Of a stretch of 64,000 nt of DNA, positions 56,440-64,000 are shown piece by piece. Each line of letters begins with the position of its first letter. The stretch's first letter is position 1. Origin of the DNA: Chloroflexota bacterium (lineage in GTDB: Bacteria; Chloroflexota; UBA11872; VXNJ01). The notes under the pieces were generated by a model that saw only the letters and a list, made by a program, of their open reading frames with translations, was not told where the DNA came from and made no database searches. The position numbers and the translations under genes are program-made. The stretch spans positions 3,037,404 through 3,101,403 of the forward strand of contig OZ242360.1 in the NCBI GenBank assembly GCA_965208775.1, in the 5' to 3' direction.

Positions 56440-57885
56440 TTACGGTGCGGTGCTGTCCAGGAGTTCCTGTTCCTGCATCTGCATACCGGCCAAACCTTCT
56501 TCGACGGTTAGCTCACCGGTGAAGATCTTGCGCTCCCAGTCAACCCAGGCCTTGACCAGCTCGCCCCAGGTTGCGTAGGGGTCGGCGGGCAACGCCCTGG
56601 TGTATTCGCGGGCGCGGAAGAGCGCCTGCCGGTTCGGGGGACCGCCGGCAACGGCCGGATCGAAGTACAGCTTGCCCGAGCTTTCGCGAACGGGGTTGAG
56701 CGTGTTGGTCGTGGCGAGGATGTTCTGGGCTTCGGCGCCCAAGTTGAACTTCAGCCACTCCCAAGTCTCGTCTTTGTACTCGGTGGCCGGGTTCATGGCC
56801 ATGCCGCAGATGTTGGTGGTGCCTCCGCGCATTCCGGTACGCGGATGCGCCGGCATCTCGACTATGTCCCAGGCGAATTCCTGGTTCCTGGCGTTGTTCG
56901 CCAATCTCCAGCTTCCCTCGGGAACGATCGCGAGTCTCTTGCTGAAGAAGAGCTGGCCGGTGTTGGCCGACTCCAAGACCGCCGGGCTCGCGGAAGCGCC
57001 GTGCTTGAGACGGAAGTCTGCCAGATACTGGAAGGCCTCAATCGCCTCGGGCGAGTTGATAATCGACTTGCGGTTCGCTTCGTCGATAAAGTCGCCGCCG
57101 GCGGACCGGACCCAGTTCAGCCAGCCGGTCTCGATGCCGTTGGTCGAGTGGAAGCCGAACTGCGTCGTCTCGTCGCCGTCCTTCTTGGTGAGCTTCAAGC
57201 CGATCTCGAGGAGATCGTCCCAGGTCCACTCCTGTTCGATCTCCCTGAGTGGGGGAAGACCCGCCTCGGTGACCATCTCCTCGTTGTAGGTGAGGGCCAC
57301 GGTGGTGTACATGCTCGGAAGTCCCCAGAACTTGCCCTTGAAAGTCCCGTAATAATCGACGGAAGTCTTCCAGGTCTGCTCGAGGTCGTCGCCGACCTGC
57401 ATGTCCTTCTTGACATAAGGCGTCAGGTCCTCGAGGGCTCCCTTGTTGGCCCATGCCCAGACGTTGACGTTGTTCATCCACCACGAGTCGGGGGCGGCGC
57501 CTCCGGCGATGGCGGTCTGCAACTTGGTCCAGTAGTCGCCCGGAGCTTCGACTTCCACCTTGAGCTGCGGGTACTTCTGGTTTAGAAGGTCGGCGATGTT
57601 CTTCAGGGCCGGCACGGGTGTCGGATACCAAAGCTGGAAACGGAGGTTCGCCGACCGCAGCTCAGGCTTCATCTCAGCAGCCGCGGTCACCTCGACGATC
57701 TTCTCGACGACCTCGGTTACGACTTTTTCGACCACAACCTGCTTTTCGACTTCGACGATCTGCGTTTCACCGCAACCGGCCAGAGCGGCCGCACCGGCTA
57801 TGCCAGCACCACCGATCAGCGACGCTCGCAGCAGTTTTCGCCTAGTCATTCGACTACGTCGTTGTTCTGATTTTTCCATGTGCAT
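56440..57885 (-). CDS. ABC transporter substrate-binding protein (solute-binding family 1), TAT/lipoprotein signal
   Basis: MTRRKLLRASLIGGAGIAGAAALAGCGE has a twin-Arg and a lipobox Cys. A long Glu/Val-rich linker follows. The start is possibly 57849. Confidence 0.75.
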   Translation of the reverse strand: MHMEKSEQRRSRMTRRKLLRASLIGGAGIAGAAALAGCGETQIVEVEKQVVVEKVVTEVVEKIVEVTAAAEMKPELRSANLRFQLWYPTPVPALKNIADLLNQKYPQLKVEVEAPGDYWTKLQTAIAGGAAPDSWWMNNVNVWAWANKGALEDLTPYVKKDMQVGDDLEQTWKTSVDYYGTFKGKFWGLPSMYTTVALTYNEEMVTEAGLPPLREIEQEWTWDDLLEIGLKLTKKDGDETTQFGFHSTNGIETGWLNWVRSAGGDFIDEANRKSIINSPEAIEAFQYLADFRLKHGASASPAVLESANTGQLFFSKRLAIVPEGSWRLANNARNQEFAWDIVEMPAHPRTGMRGGTTNICGMAMNPATEYKDETWEWLKFNLGAEAQNILATTNTLNPVRESSGKLYFDPAVAGGPPNRQALFRAREYTRALPADPYATWGELVKAWVDWERKIFTGELTVEEGLAGMQMQEQELLDSTAP

Positions 57886-58113
57886 GCCCCCTCACTGAGT
57901 TGCCGCAACGGCATTGGATTCACGGATCTCCTCCATCACTGGCTGGAGGCCCGTCTTACATACGTGTGATTGTAGCCTGCCCCCCCCCGGGGACACAGCG
58001 GAGTCCGATGACGGATGGGAGTAGATCGATCAGGGCGCAGCACCATGCCGGGCCACCCTGCTGCGAGGCAGCAATGGAGGCCTTCGCAAGGAGCTAGCTG
58101 CGGTCGAGTGGTG

Positions 58114-59019
58114 TCAGATGCCCCATTCCTGGCGGGCCGTGTCGATTGAGACGGAAGCTCGCTCAAGAATCTCCGAGTCGTCCTTGAACGGGTTGTCTCC
58201 CATCCAACGCTCGTCGATAGGTTCGGAGGCGAGCTGATAGCGACTGTCCATGCTAAATCGATATCGATCGGTCTGGTTTGCAAGCGAGGCGTGTGCGGTG
58301 AACATCCCGAAGATCACGACGTCACCGGCCCGGTAGGAGGTGGTCTTCCACTCACCCCCGTACTTGTCGACGAGTTCCACGGGGTCGGTGGAGAGGTTTC
58401 CCTCGATCTGATCGCGGTAGACGTCCATGTTGCCGTAGGTGTCCCTGACCCTGTGCCAGTTCTGCGAACCGGCGCAGACGGTCAGCCCGCCAAGCTCCAG
58501 GGAGACGTCTCCAAAGGGACACCACACAGTGAATAGATTCGTGGTGCCTTGACCCATGTATACGACGTCATAATGCACGCTGGTGGAGCTGCCGGTTCCC
58601 ACCGCTCGAATCCACTTGTAGTCGAAGGTAGTGACCGGGCCGCCGAGGAATTTCTCGAAGAATCCCATGACTTCCGGAGACTCGGAAACACGCTTGACGG
58701 CTCCGTATCTGCCCAGCGTGGCGGCCAACTCGAGTATCCCAGGGATTCTCTCGCCGGATCCCGGATCCGACGATATGCGCGCGTCGTCAAGGGGAGTCCC
58801 CGGTTCGAGAGCGCCTGCGTTTTGGACGACTTCAAGGAACTCGCGGCGGGCTTCCAGGACCTTTTCGCGGCTCTGTAGTCCGCGCATCAGGAGGTAGCCG
58901 TCGCTATTCAGGCGCGCGCGCAGCCTGTCCGGTTGATCGATCAGGTCGGTCGACTCGCGCATTTCCTGGAGATAGGGGCCGCCCATCTCCAACTCCCTGC
59001 CGCCAATTCGAACTTGCAT
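58114..59019 (-). CDS. Phytanoyl-CoA dioxygenase (PhyH) family Fe(II)/2OG-dependent oxygenase, putative
   Basis: The HxD...H facial triad candidates are VHYDVVYMG and FTAHASL. The size and pattern fit the PhyH family. Moderate confidence. Confidence 0.5.
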   Translation of the reverse strand: MQVRIGGRELEMGGPYLQEMRESTDLIDQPDRLRARLNSDGYLLMRGLQSREKVLEARREFLEVVQNAGALEPGTPLDDARISSDPGSGERIPGILELAATLGRYGAVKRVSESPEVMGFFEKFLGGPVTTFDYKWIRAVGTGSSTSVHYDVVYMGQGTTNLFTVWCPFGDVSLELGGLTVCAGSQNWHRVRDTYGNMDVYRDQIEGNLSTDPVELVDKYGGEWKTTSYRAGDVVIFGMFTAHASLANQTDRYRFSMDSRYQLASEPIDERWMGDNPFKDDSEILERASVSIDTARQEWGI

Positions 59020-59172
59020 AAATTACTCCCGTAGAACGATCGGTCGGGCTTTCAGTTACCTGAAATCAAGAATAACTGAACCGTGGCCCGTGTATGACGG
59101 TTGAACCGAAATTGCAGTGGCTTCCGGGAGGTTCCAGGGCAGGAATCGAGGCGCGCAGGGGAGGGGCGAAGT

Positions 59173-60132
59173 TTAGCGGCCTCGGCCGGCCGCGAGCGCA
59201 AATAGCCGGTCAGCCAGACTAATGATGTCGTCTCGAAGGGCGATGCGCCGAGTCCACGCGGTGGGTATGGCGTCGATGCCATAGAAGGCACCGGCAAGCT
59301 GTCCGTAGATAGCGCCAGTCGTGTCGGCGTCGTCGCCGAGATTGACGGCCATGAGCGCGCCTTGCTCGAACGACGTTGACCTGTGGAAGGCCCACAGCGC
59401 GGCCTCGATGGACTTGACGACGTAGCCACTTCCCTGGATTGCGGGAGGCTGCTTGCGCTTGAAGCTGCCGTCCGCGACATCCTCGATCTCGGCGTGCCAG
59501 GGACCGAGATCGTCCCATTGTCCGGCGGGGGAGTAATTCGAGGCCAGGATGCCGGGCTTGTCGACTCCGTTGATCGCGGCCCATATAAGGCCACCGTAGT
59601 AGCGGCATGCGTCGACGCAGGTACTTGCGCCGTGGGTTGTGCGGGAGCTTCGGCCGGAATAGTGGACGGCATCGGCGGCGTCGCGCGCGAAGAACATGGG
59701 CGCGGGAGCCAAGCGCATAACCGAGCCGTTGCCGGCGCTGCGCTCGTGAGTTGGCCCGGAGTACGGCTCGCTAGTCAGTTCGAACCGGTCGAGCGCGTCA
59801 CTGGTGGTGTTGCCGATGTCGAAGCAATGGCCGGTGCTGCTCCAGAGTCCCTCGCCGCGCCAGCGGGCGTATCGCTCGATTTGATCCCTGGGATCGAACC
59901 GCCGACTCTGAACGAGGCTGTCGGCGAGACAGAGCGCTAGCGACGTGTCGTCGGTCCACTGCCCCGGGGCAAGGCCGAACGGCCCCCCGCCGGTCATGTC
60001 GATGATGGGCTCGAACGTGCCGGGCTGCCTGAACTCCAGGGTTGTGCCGAGGGCATCTCCGACGGCGAGTCCGACCAGCGCGCCGCGGAAGCGGTCGGGG
60101 GCGAAGTTGGCGGGTTCAAATTGATTAGTCAT
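59173..60132 (-). CDS. ADP-ribosylglycohydrolase family protein
   Basis: N-terminal RFRGALVGLAVGDALGTTLEF. C-terminal VNLGDDADTTGAIYGQLAGAFYG (di-Mg site motifs). Confidence 0.75.
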   Translation of the reverse strand: MTNQFEPANFAPDRFRGALVGLAVGDALGTTLEFRQPGTFEPIIDMTGGGPFGLAPGQWTDDTSLALCLADSLVQSRRFDPRDQIERYARWRGEGLWSSTGHCFDIGNTTSDALDRFELTSEPYSGPTHERSAGNGSVMRLAPAPMFFARDAADAVHYSGRSSRTTHGASTCVDACRYYGGLIWAAINGVDKPGILASNYSPAGQWDDLGPWHAEIEDVADGSFKRKQPPAIQGSGYVVKSIEAALWAFHRSTSFEQGALMAVNLGDDADTTGAIYGQLAGAFYGIDAIPTAWTRRIALRDDIISLADRLFALAAGRGR

Positions 60133-60283
60133 AGTTCAGCCAGTCGCCGTGCTAAAACGACAGGGTGTGGGATGAGGTGATACCGCACTCAGACCTCAGA
60201 GGATTTCAGCTTTTCGAGCCTGTATCAGGAATTCAATCTGAGTCCTCGTCGCGGCTCGGTCGTCCACACTCTGGTTTGGGACC

Positions 60284-61420
60284 GTGTCACGCATTCGGAC
60301 ATATATTCTACGGATTGGACACCTGCTCACGGGAGAGATTTCCAAGGCAGTGAGACCCAGCGCCGCGACTCTGAAGAAAGCAACTGTAGTAGTCCTGCCG
60401 GTCGCTCTTGCAATTTTGCTTGGGATATGGATTGCGAGACTCGCAAAGGGTTGGCTGGAGCCGGCGGACGTTCCCCAGCAAATCGTGTTTGAGAAGGACA
60501 GCGGCGAGATATATGTCATGCACTCCGACGGCAGCGCCTTTAAGCGTCTGCCGGAACCTCCCGGTCTCCGATACAACGCATCGCCCGCATGGTCGCCTGA
60601 CGGTACCCGGATCGCATTCGTGAGCTACCACGAAGGTGGCGACGGAGACTTCTATGTCATGGATTCCAACGGCGGCAACGTCCGGCGTCTGACGGACTCT
60701 TCCGGACTCGCCAGCGATTTCGCCAGCGATCTCGCTTGGTCGGCTGACGGCGCCCAGATCGCGTTTGAGATCCGGGGGGACGACGATTGGAACATCTACG
60801 TCGTGGACTTGGACGGTGGCCATGTCCGGCGCCTGACGGACACTCCCGGAATCGATTTCGATTTCTCGTGGTCGCCCGACGCCGCGCGGATCCTGTTTGT
60901 AAGCGATCGAGACGGCGGCAGCGGAGGCGACTTGGACATCTACGTCATGGACTCCGACGGCGGCAACGTTCGGCGCCTGACCGATTCGCCCGGAAACAAT
61001 GCTTATCCGGTGTGGTCGCCCGACGGCGCCCAAGTCGCGTTTGGGAGTACTCGCGATGGCAACTGGGAAATCTACGTCATGGATTCCGACGGCGGCAACG
61101 TCCGGCGTCTGACGGACAATGCAGGACGTGATTTAGATCCCGCGTGGTCGCCCGACGGCGCGCGGATCGCGTTTGTGAGCGCTCGAGACAGCGAAAGCGA
61201 CTGGGAAATCTACGTCATGGATTCCGACGGCGGTAACATCCGGCGCCTGACGGACACTGCAGGAATTGATCTATATCCCGCGTGGTCGCCCGATGGGGCA
61301 TGGATCGCGTTTGAGAATGACTGCGATGGCGAGCGGAGCATCTACGTCGTCGACTCGGACGGCGACACTGTCCGGTCGTTAACGGACGGAAGAGACCCCG
61401 CATGGTCGCCGGCGCGATAG
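60284..61420 (+). CDS. PD40 (WD40-like beta-propeller, TolB-type repeat) protein with N-terminal membrane anchor
   Basis: Seven or eight repeats of ~45 aa (YVMDSDGGNVRRLTD...PAWSPDGA.IAF). One TM helix lies near the N-terminus. Confidence 0.65.
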   Translation: MSRIRTYILRIGHLLTGEISKAVRPSAATLKKATVVVLPVALAILLGIWIARLAKGWLEPADVPQQIVFEKDSGEIYVMHSDGSAFKRLPEPPGLRYNASPAWSPDGTRIAFVSYHEGGDGDFYVMDSNGGNVRRLTDSSGLASDFASDLAWSADGAQIAFEIRGDDDWNIYVVDLDGGHVRRLTDTPGIDFDFSWSPDAARILFVSDRDGGSGGDLDIYVMDSDGGNVRRLTDSPGNNAYPVWSPDGAQVAFGSTRDGNWEIYVMDSDGGNVRRLTDNAGRDLDPAWSPDGARIAFVSARDSESDWEIYVMDSDGGNIRRLTDTAGIDLYPAWSPDGAWIAFENDCDGERSIYVVDSDGDTVRSLTDGRDPAWSPAR

Positions 61421-61512
61421 TGTCGTGGCCGGAACTGGCGTCTAGTGAGGAGTGGTTCGCGGATAATCTGGAAATCACCAACCGTGGCGAAGTGGCGATA
61501 TCAATCCTTAGG

Positions 61513-61587
61513 AGCCCACATCCGGGGTTGAACCGGAGACCTCGTTCTTACCAAGAACGCGCTCTACCTCCTGAGCTATGTGGGCAA
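61513..61587 (-). tRNA. tRNA-Thr (anticodon GGT)
   Basis: The minus-strand sequence GCCCACATAGCTCAGGAGGTAGAGCGCGTTCTTGGTAAGAACGAGGTCTCCGGTTCAACCCCGGATGTGGGCT folds as a cloverleaf: acceptor GCCCACA/TGTGGGC, anticodon stem CGTTC/GAACG with loop TTGGTAA, and T-loop GGTTCAACC. CCA is not encoded (the 3' flank is CCT). Confidence 0.8.
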
Positions 61588-61727
61588 AGCTCCCGACCTT
61601 ATCATTTTGCAGCAGCGGGCGCCCTTCTGTCGCATTTCGCGGGCGGAATGTCGCACAATAGAGGAAGCGCCGGTTAGCCATACCCTGCGTTGGAAACAGG
61701 CCGACGACGAATGGAGGCAGTTGCCCG

Positions 61728-62849
61728 ATGGTTCGCGCAGCCGAAACGCCAGTCACGATGATCGATCCGGATTCGCTTTCCACGCCGTCGAGCATTTACG
61801 AGATCGAGACGCCGGCGCTGGTCGTCGATCTGGACGCGCTGGAGCACAACATCAACACGCTGGCGACGGCGTTCGAGAACGTTCCGGCGGTGGTCAGGCC
61901 ACACGTCAAGAATCACAAGTGCCCGGACATAGCGAAGCTCCAGATTGGGGCGGGCGCGCAGGGGGTCACGTGCGCCACGGTGCGCGAGGCCCAGGGCATG
62001 TTCCGGGGCGGAGTGTCGGACCTTCTGATAGCGAATGAGGTGGTGGGACCGGCCAAGATTGCGCGGCTGGTACGGCTTGCGAAAGATGGCGCTGACATCA
62101 AGGCGGCGGTCGATTCCGAGGTCAACGTGCGAGACCTGTCGGAGGCGGCGGTTGCCGCGGATACCGAGCTAGGCATCCTGGTCGATCTGAATGTGGGACT
62201 GGACCGGTGCGGAGTAGAACCGGGGGAGCAGGCGGTCGAGCTGGCGAAGATCGTCGACTCGCTGCCCGGATTGAATTTCCTGGGGTTAATGGCGTTCGAC
62301 GGACACGTTGGGAACATAACGGAACCGGAAAGCCGGTCGTCGGCGTGCCGAGACGCGATGCAGCTGGCGGTGGATACGAAACGGATGGTCGAAGAGGCGG
62401 GCATCGCGTGCCCGGTTCTGAGCGCGAGCAGCTCGAAGTCGTACGAGACGGCGCTGGAGTTTCCGGACGTTACCGAGGTGCAGGCGGGAATGTACCTCTT
62501 CATGGACACTACTTACCGGTCGCGATTCCCCGACGTGCCGTTTCGCCAGGCGGCCTTCATACTTTCGACAGTCATAAGCAGGCGGGGGGACCGCGCGGTG
62601 GCCGACGGCGGAATCAAGGCGCTGACGGGTTTCCGAGGCGAACCGACGATCCGCGACCGGGACGATTGCGAACCGGTGGGACTCAGCGCGGAGCACCTGT
62701 CGCTGGACCTGACGCCGGATTCCGATCTGGCTATCGGAGACCTGCTCTGGATGGCTCCGGCGTACGGCGATGGGCTCTCGGCGATACACCGCCGGATTTA
62801 CGCGATTCGCGACGGCGTCGTCGAGCACGTGTGGCCGGTGCGTTACTAG
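61728..62849 (+). CDS. DSD1-family PLP enzyme (alanine-racemase-fold; D-serine/D-threo-hydroxyaspartate dehydratase-like)
   Basis: The PLP-Lys region is VVRPHVKNHKCPDIAK. There is an alanine racemase N-terminal TIM barrel and a C-terminal beta domain. Confidence 0.6.
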   Translation: MVRAAETPVTMIDPDSLSTPSSIYEIETPALVVDLDALEHNINTLATAFENVPAVVRPHVKNHKCPDIAKLQIGAGAQGVTCATVREAQGMFRGGVSDLLIANEVVGPAKIARLVRLAKDGADIKAAVDSEVNVRDLSEAAVAADTELGILVDLNVGLDRCGVEPGEQAVELAKIVDSLPGLNFLGLMAFDGHVGNITEPESRSSACRDAMQLAVDTKRMVEEAGIACPVLSASSSKSYETALEFPDVTEVQAGMYLFMDTTYRSRFPDVPFRQAAFILSTVISRRGDRAVADGGIKALTGFRGEPTIRDRDDCEPVGLSAEHLSLDLTPDSDLAIGDLLWMAPAYGDGLSAIHRRIYAIRDGVVEHVWPVRY

Positions 62850-62870
62850 CCGACGGATTGCGGCGGGGCT

Positions 62871-63458
62871 GTGGGGGAGATGCGAATGACGGCCAGGCTT
62901 GAGCAGAACGACGCGCTACTGCTGGTTGACGTGCAGAACGACTTCTGTCCGGGCGGGGCGCTTCCGGTCCCGCAAGGCGATGAGGTGGTGGCGGAGCTCA
63001 ACGGCTGGATCGACGAAGCGGACCGGCTGGGGATCCCGATCTTCGCGTCGCAGGACTGGCATCCCGACGGTCACATCAGCTTCGCGGAGCAGGGAGGACC
63101 CTGGCCGCAGCACTGCGTTCAGGGTACGGATGGAGCGGCCTTTCGGGCGGACCTGGCTCTGCCGGAGTCGGTCCGAGTCGTGCACAAGGGCACTGACATC
63201 GATCAGGATGCCTATTCGGCATTCCAGCGTACGGACCTGGCGGCCGAGCTGGCCGATCTGGGCGTGTCGAAAGTGTGGGTTGGAGGTCTGGCGCTCGACT
63301 ACTGCGTCAAAGCATCGGTGCTGGACGCGATTGATTCGGGTTTAGAGGTGGCTTTGATTTTGGAGGGTACGCGGGCCGTGAACGTCCAGCCGGGGGACGG
63401 TGACAAAGCGGTTGCCGAGATGGTCGAGGCCGGAGCAGTCGTGGAGCGCGGCGGATAG
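62871..63458 (+). CDS. pncA: Nicotinamidase/pyrazinamidase (isochorismatase family)
   Basis: LLLVDVQNDFCPGGALPVP carries the catalytic Asp. The HxH-like metal site is SQDWHPDGH. The catalytic Cys is in LALDYCVKAS. The start may be 62886. Confidence 0.7.
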   Translation: MGEMRMTARLEQNDALLLVDVQNDFCPGGALPVPQGDEVVAELNGWIDEADRLGIPIFASQDWHPDGHISFAEQGGPWPQHCVQGTDGAAFRADLALPESVRVVHKGTDIDQDAYSAFQRTDLAAELADLGVSKVWVGGLALDYCVKASVLDAIDSGLEVALILEGTRAVNVQPGDGDKAVAEMVEAGAVVERGG

Positions 63459-63463
63459 CCGGC

Positions 63464-64000
63464 ATGCCCTCGAAGGCTTGGGAACCCGGCGGGTTTCCGG
63501 CGCTGACAACCGATCTATATCAGTTGACTATGACCCAGGCGTACTACGCCGAGGGACTGACCGGTGAGGCCGTGTTCGACCTGTTCGTCAGGCGGCTGCC
63601 GCCCGGCAGGAACTACCTCGTCGCCTGCGGTCTGGCATCCGTTCTCGATCTCCTGGAGAACGTTCGTTTCGATAGTTGCGATCTTGAATATCTCAGCGGC
63701 CTGGGGCGGTTTACTTCCGATTTCATCGCAAAGCTAGCTGATTTCCGGTTCGAGGGCGATGTCTACGCCATGCCCGAGGGAACGGTTTTCTTTCCGAACG
63801 AGCCGTTGATCGAAGTCGTGGGGCCGCTTCCACAGGCGCAGCTCATTGAGACCTATCTCCTCAATCAGATGACGTTTCAGACGGCGGCCGCGTCGAAGTG
63901 CGCCCGGGTGGTAGAGGCGGCGGGCGGTCGACGGGTCGTGGACTTCGGGCTGCGCCGCGTTCACGGAGCGGAGGCCGGGATCAGCGCGGCGAGAGCCTTC
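63464..64000 (+). CDS. pncB: Nicotinate phosphoribosyltransferase, N-terminal part (runs off window end)
   Basis: The frame is open from ATG 63464 to the window end. TDLYQLTMTQAYYAEG and DFGLRRVHG are NAPRTase signatures. It lies immediately downstream of pncA. Confidence 0.7.
   Translation, partial: MPSKAWEPGGFPALTTDLYQLTMTQAYYAEGLTGEAVFDLFVRRLPPGRNYLVACGLASVLDLLENVRFDSCDLEYLSGLGRFTSDFIAKLADFRFEGDVYAMPEGTVFFPNEPLIEVVGPLPQAQLIETYLLNQMTFQTAAASKCARVVEAAGGRRVVDFGLRRVHGAEAGISAARAF

Noticed and set aside
61440-61700. Integrated element at the tRNA-Thr gene
   Set aside because: No integrase, att-like direct repeat or GC shift was found on either side. The flanking genes are ordinary metabolism genes.

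Overview
This is a 64 kb, high-GC (about 62-65%), gene-dense bacterial chromosomal segment; the gene content is compatible with a Chloroflexota- or Actinobacteria-like aerobic heterotroph, which is a guess without a database search. I found no transposase, integrase, CRISPR array or rRNA gene. The main modules, in order, are listed below.

- **1..3060:** a minus-strand catabolic gene set made up of an SDR, an amidohydrolase, a cupin and a TIM-barrel sugar-phosphate isomerase.
- **3382..4588:** two overlapping ORFs of unknown function.
- **4619..11806:** a complete corrinoid-dependent methyltransferase system. It comprises a COG0523 GTPase, a URO-D-family methyltransferase I, a B12-binding corrinoid protein, a MetF-like methylene-H4F reductase, a pterin-binding MeTr/AcsE-like methyltransferase II, and a RACE-type reductive activator with a 2Fe-2S ferredoxin domain.
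- **11815..15361:** a frameshifted GH127 arabinofuranosidase-like gene and a divergent GHL10-like hydrolase.
- **15537..22741:** assorted oxidoreductases (SelA-like PLP enzyme, LLM flavin oxidoreductase, GMC oxidoreductase plus small subunit, FMN reductase), a MarR regulator with a palindromic operator, and a LarA-like protein.
- **23081..34208:** an Alternative Complex III operon (a pentaheme ActA, ActB split into two ORFs, two NrfD-like subunits, ActD, a monoheme lipoprotein ActE), followed directly on the same strand by a Frd-type SdhABCD.
- **34335..35297:** TrxB.
- **35961..42353:** a form-II (AYRGAGR) CoxGSLMDE carbon-monoxide-dehydrogenase-like cluster.
- **43251..47578:** three copies of a REP-like palindromic element, one extended into a degenerate tandem array.
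- **43420..45126:** two lower-GC islets.
- **45972..50027:** an ATP-grasp / B12-binding radical SAM / formylglycine-generating-enzyme-like neighbourhood.
- **53219..60132:** a sugar ABC uptake locus with no ATPase gene, flanked by a Gfo/Idh/MocA oxidoreductase, a PhyH dioxygenase and an ADP-ribosylglycohydrolase.
- **60284..64000:** a PD40 beta-propeller protein with near-identical internal repeats, tRNA-Thr(GGT), a DSD1-like PLP enzyme, and the NAD-salvage pair pncA-pncB (pncB runs off the window end).

The most interesting candidates are the corrinoid methyltransferase system with its co-operonic COG0523 chaperone, the act-sdh supercluster with an extra small membrane ORF, the REP/tandem-repeat-flanked ATP-grasp/rSAM/FGE module, and the uncharacterised two-gene cassette at 3.4-4.6 kb. 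All family assignments are from reading motifs by eye; none was verified by a search.
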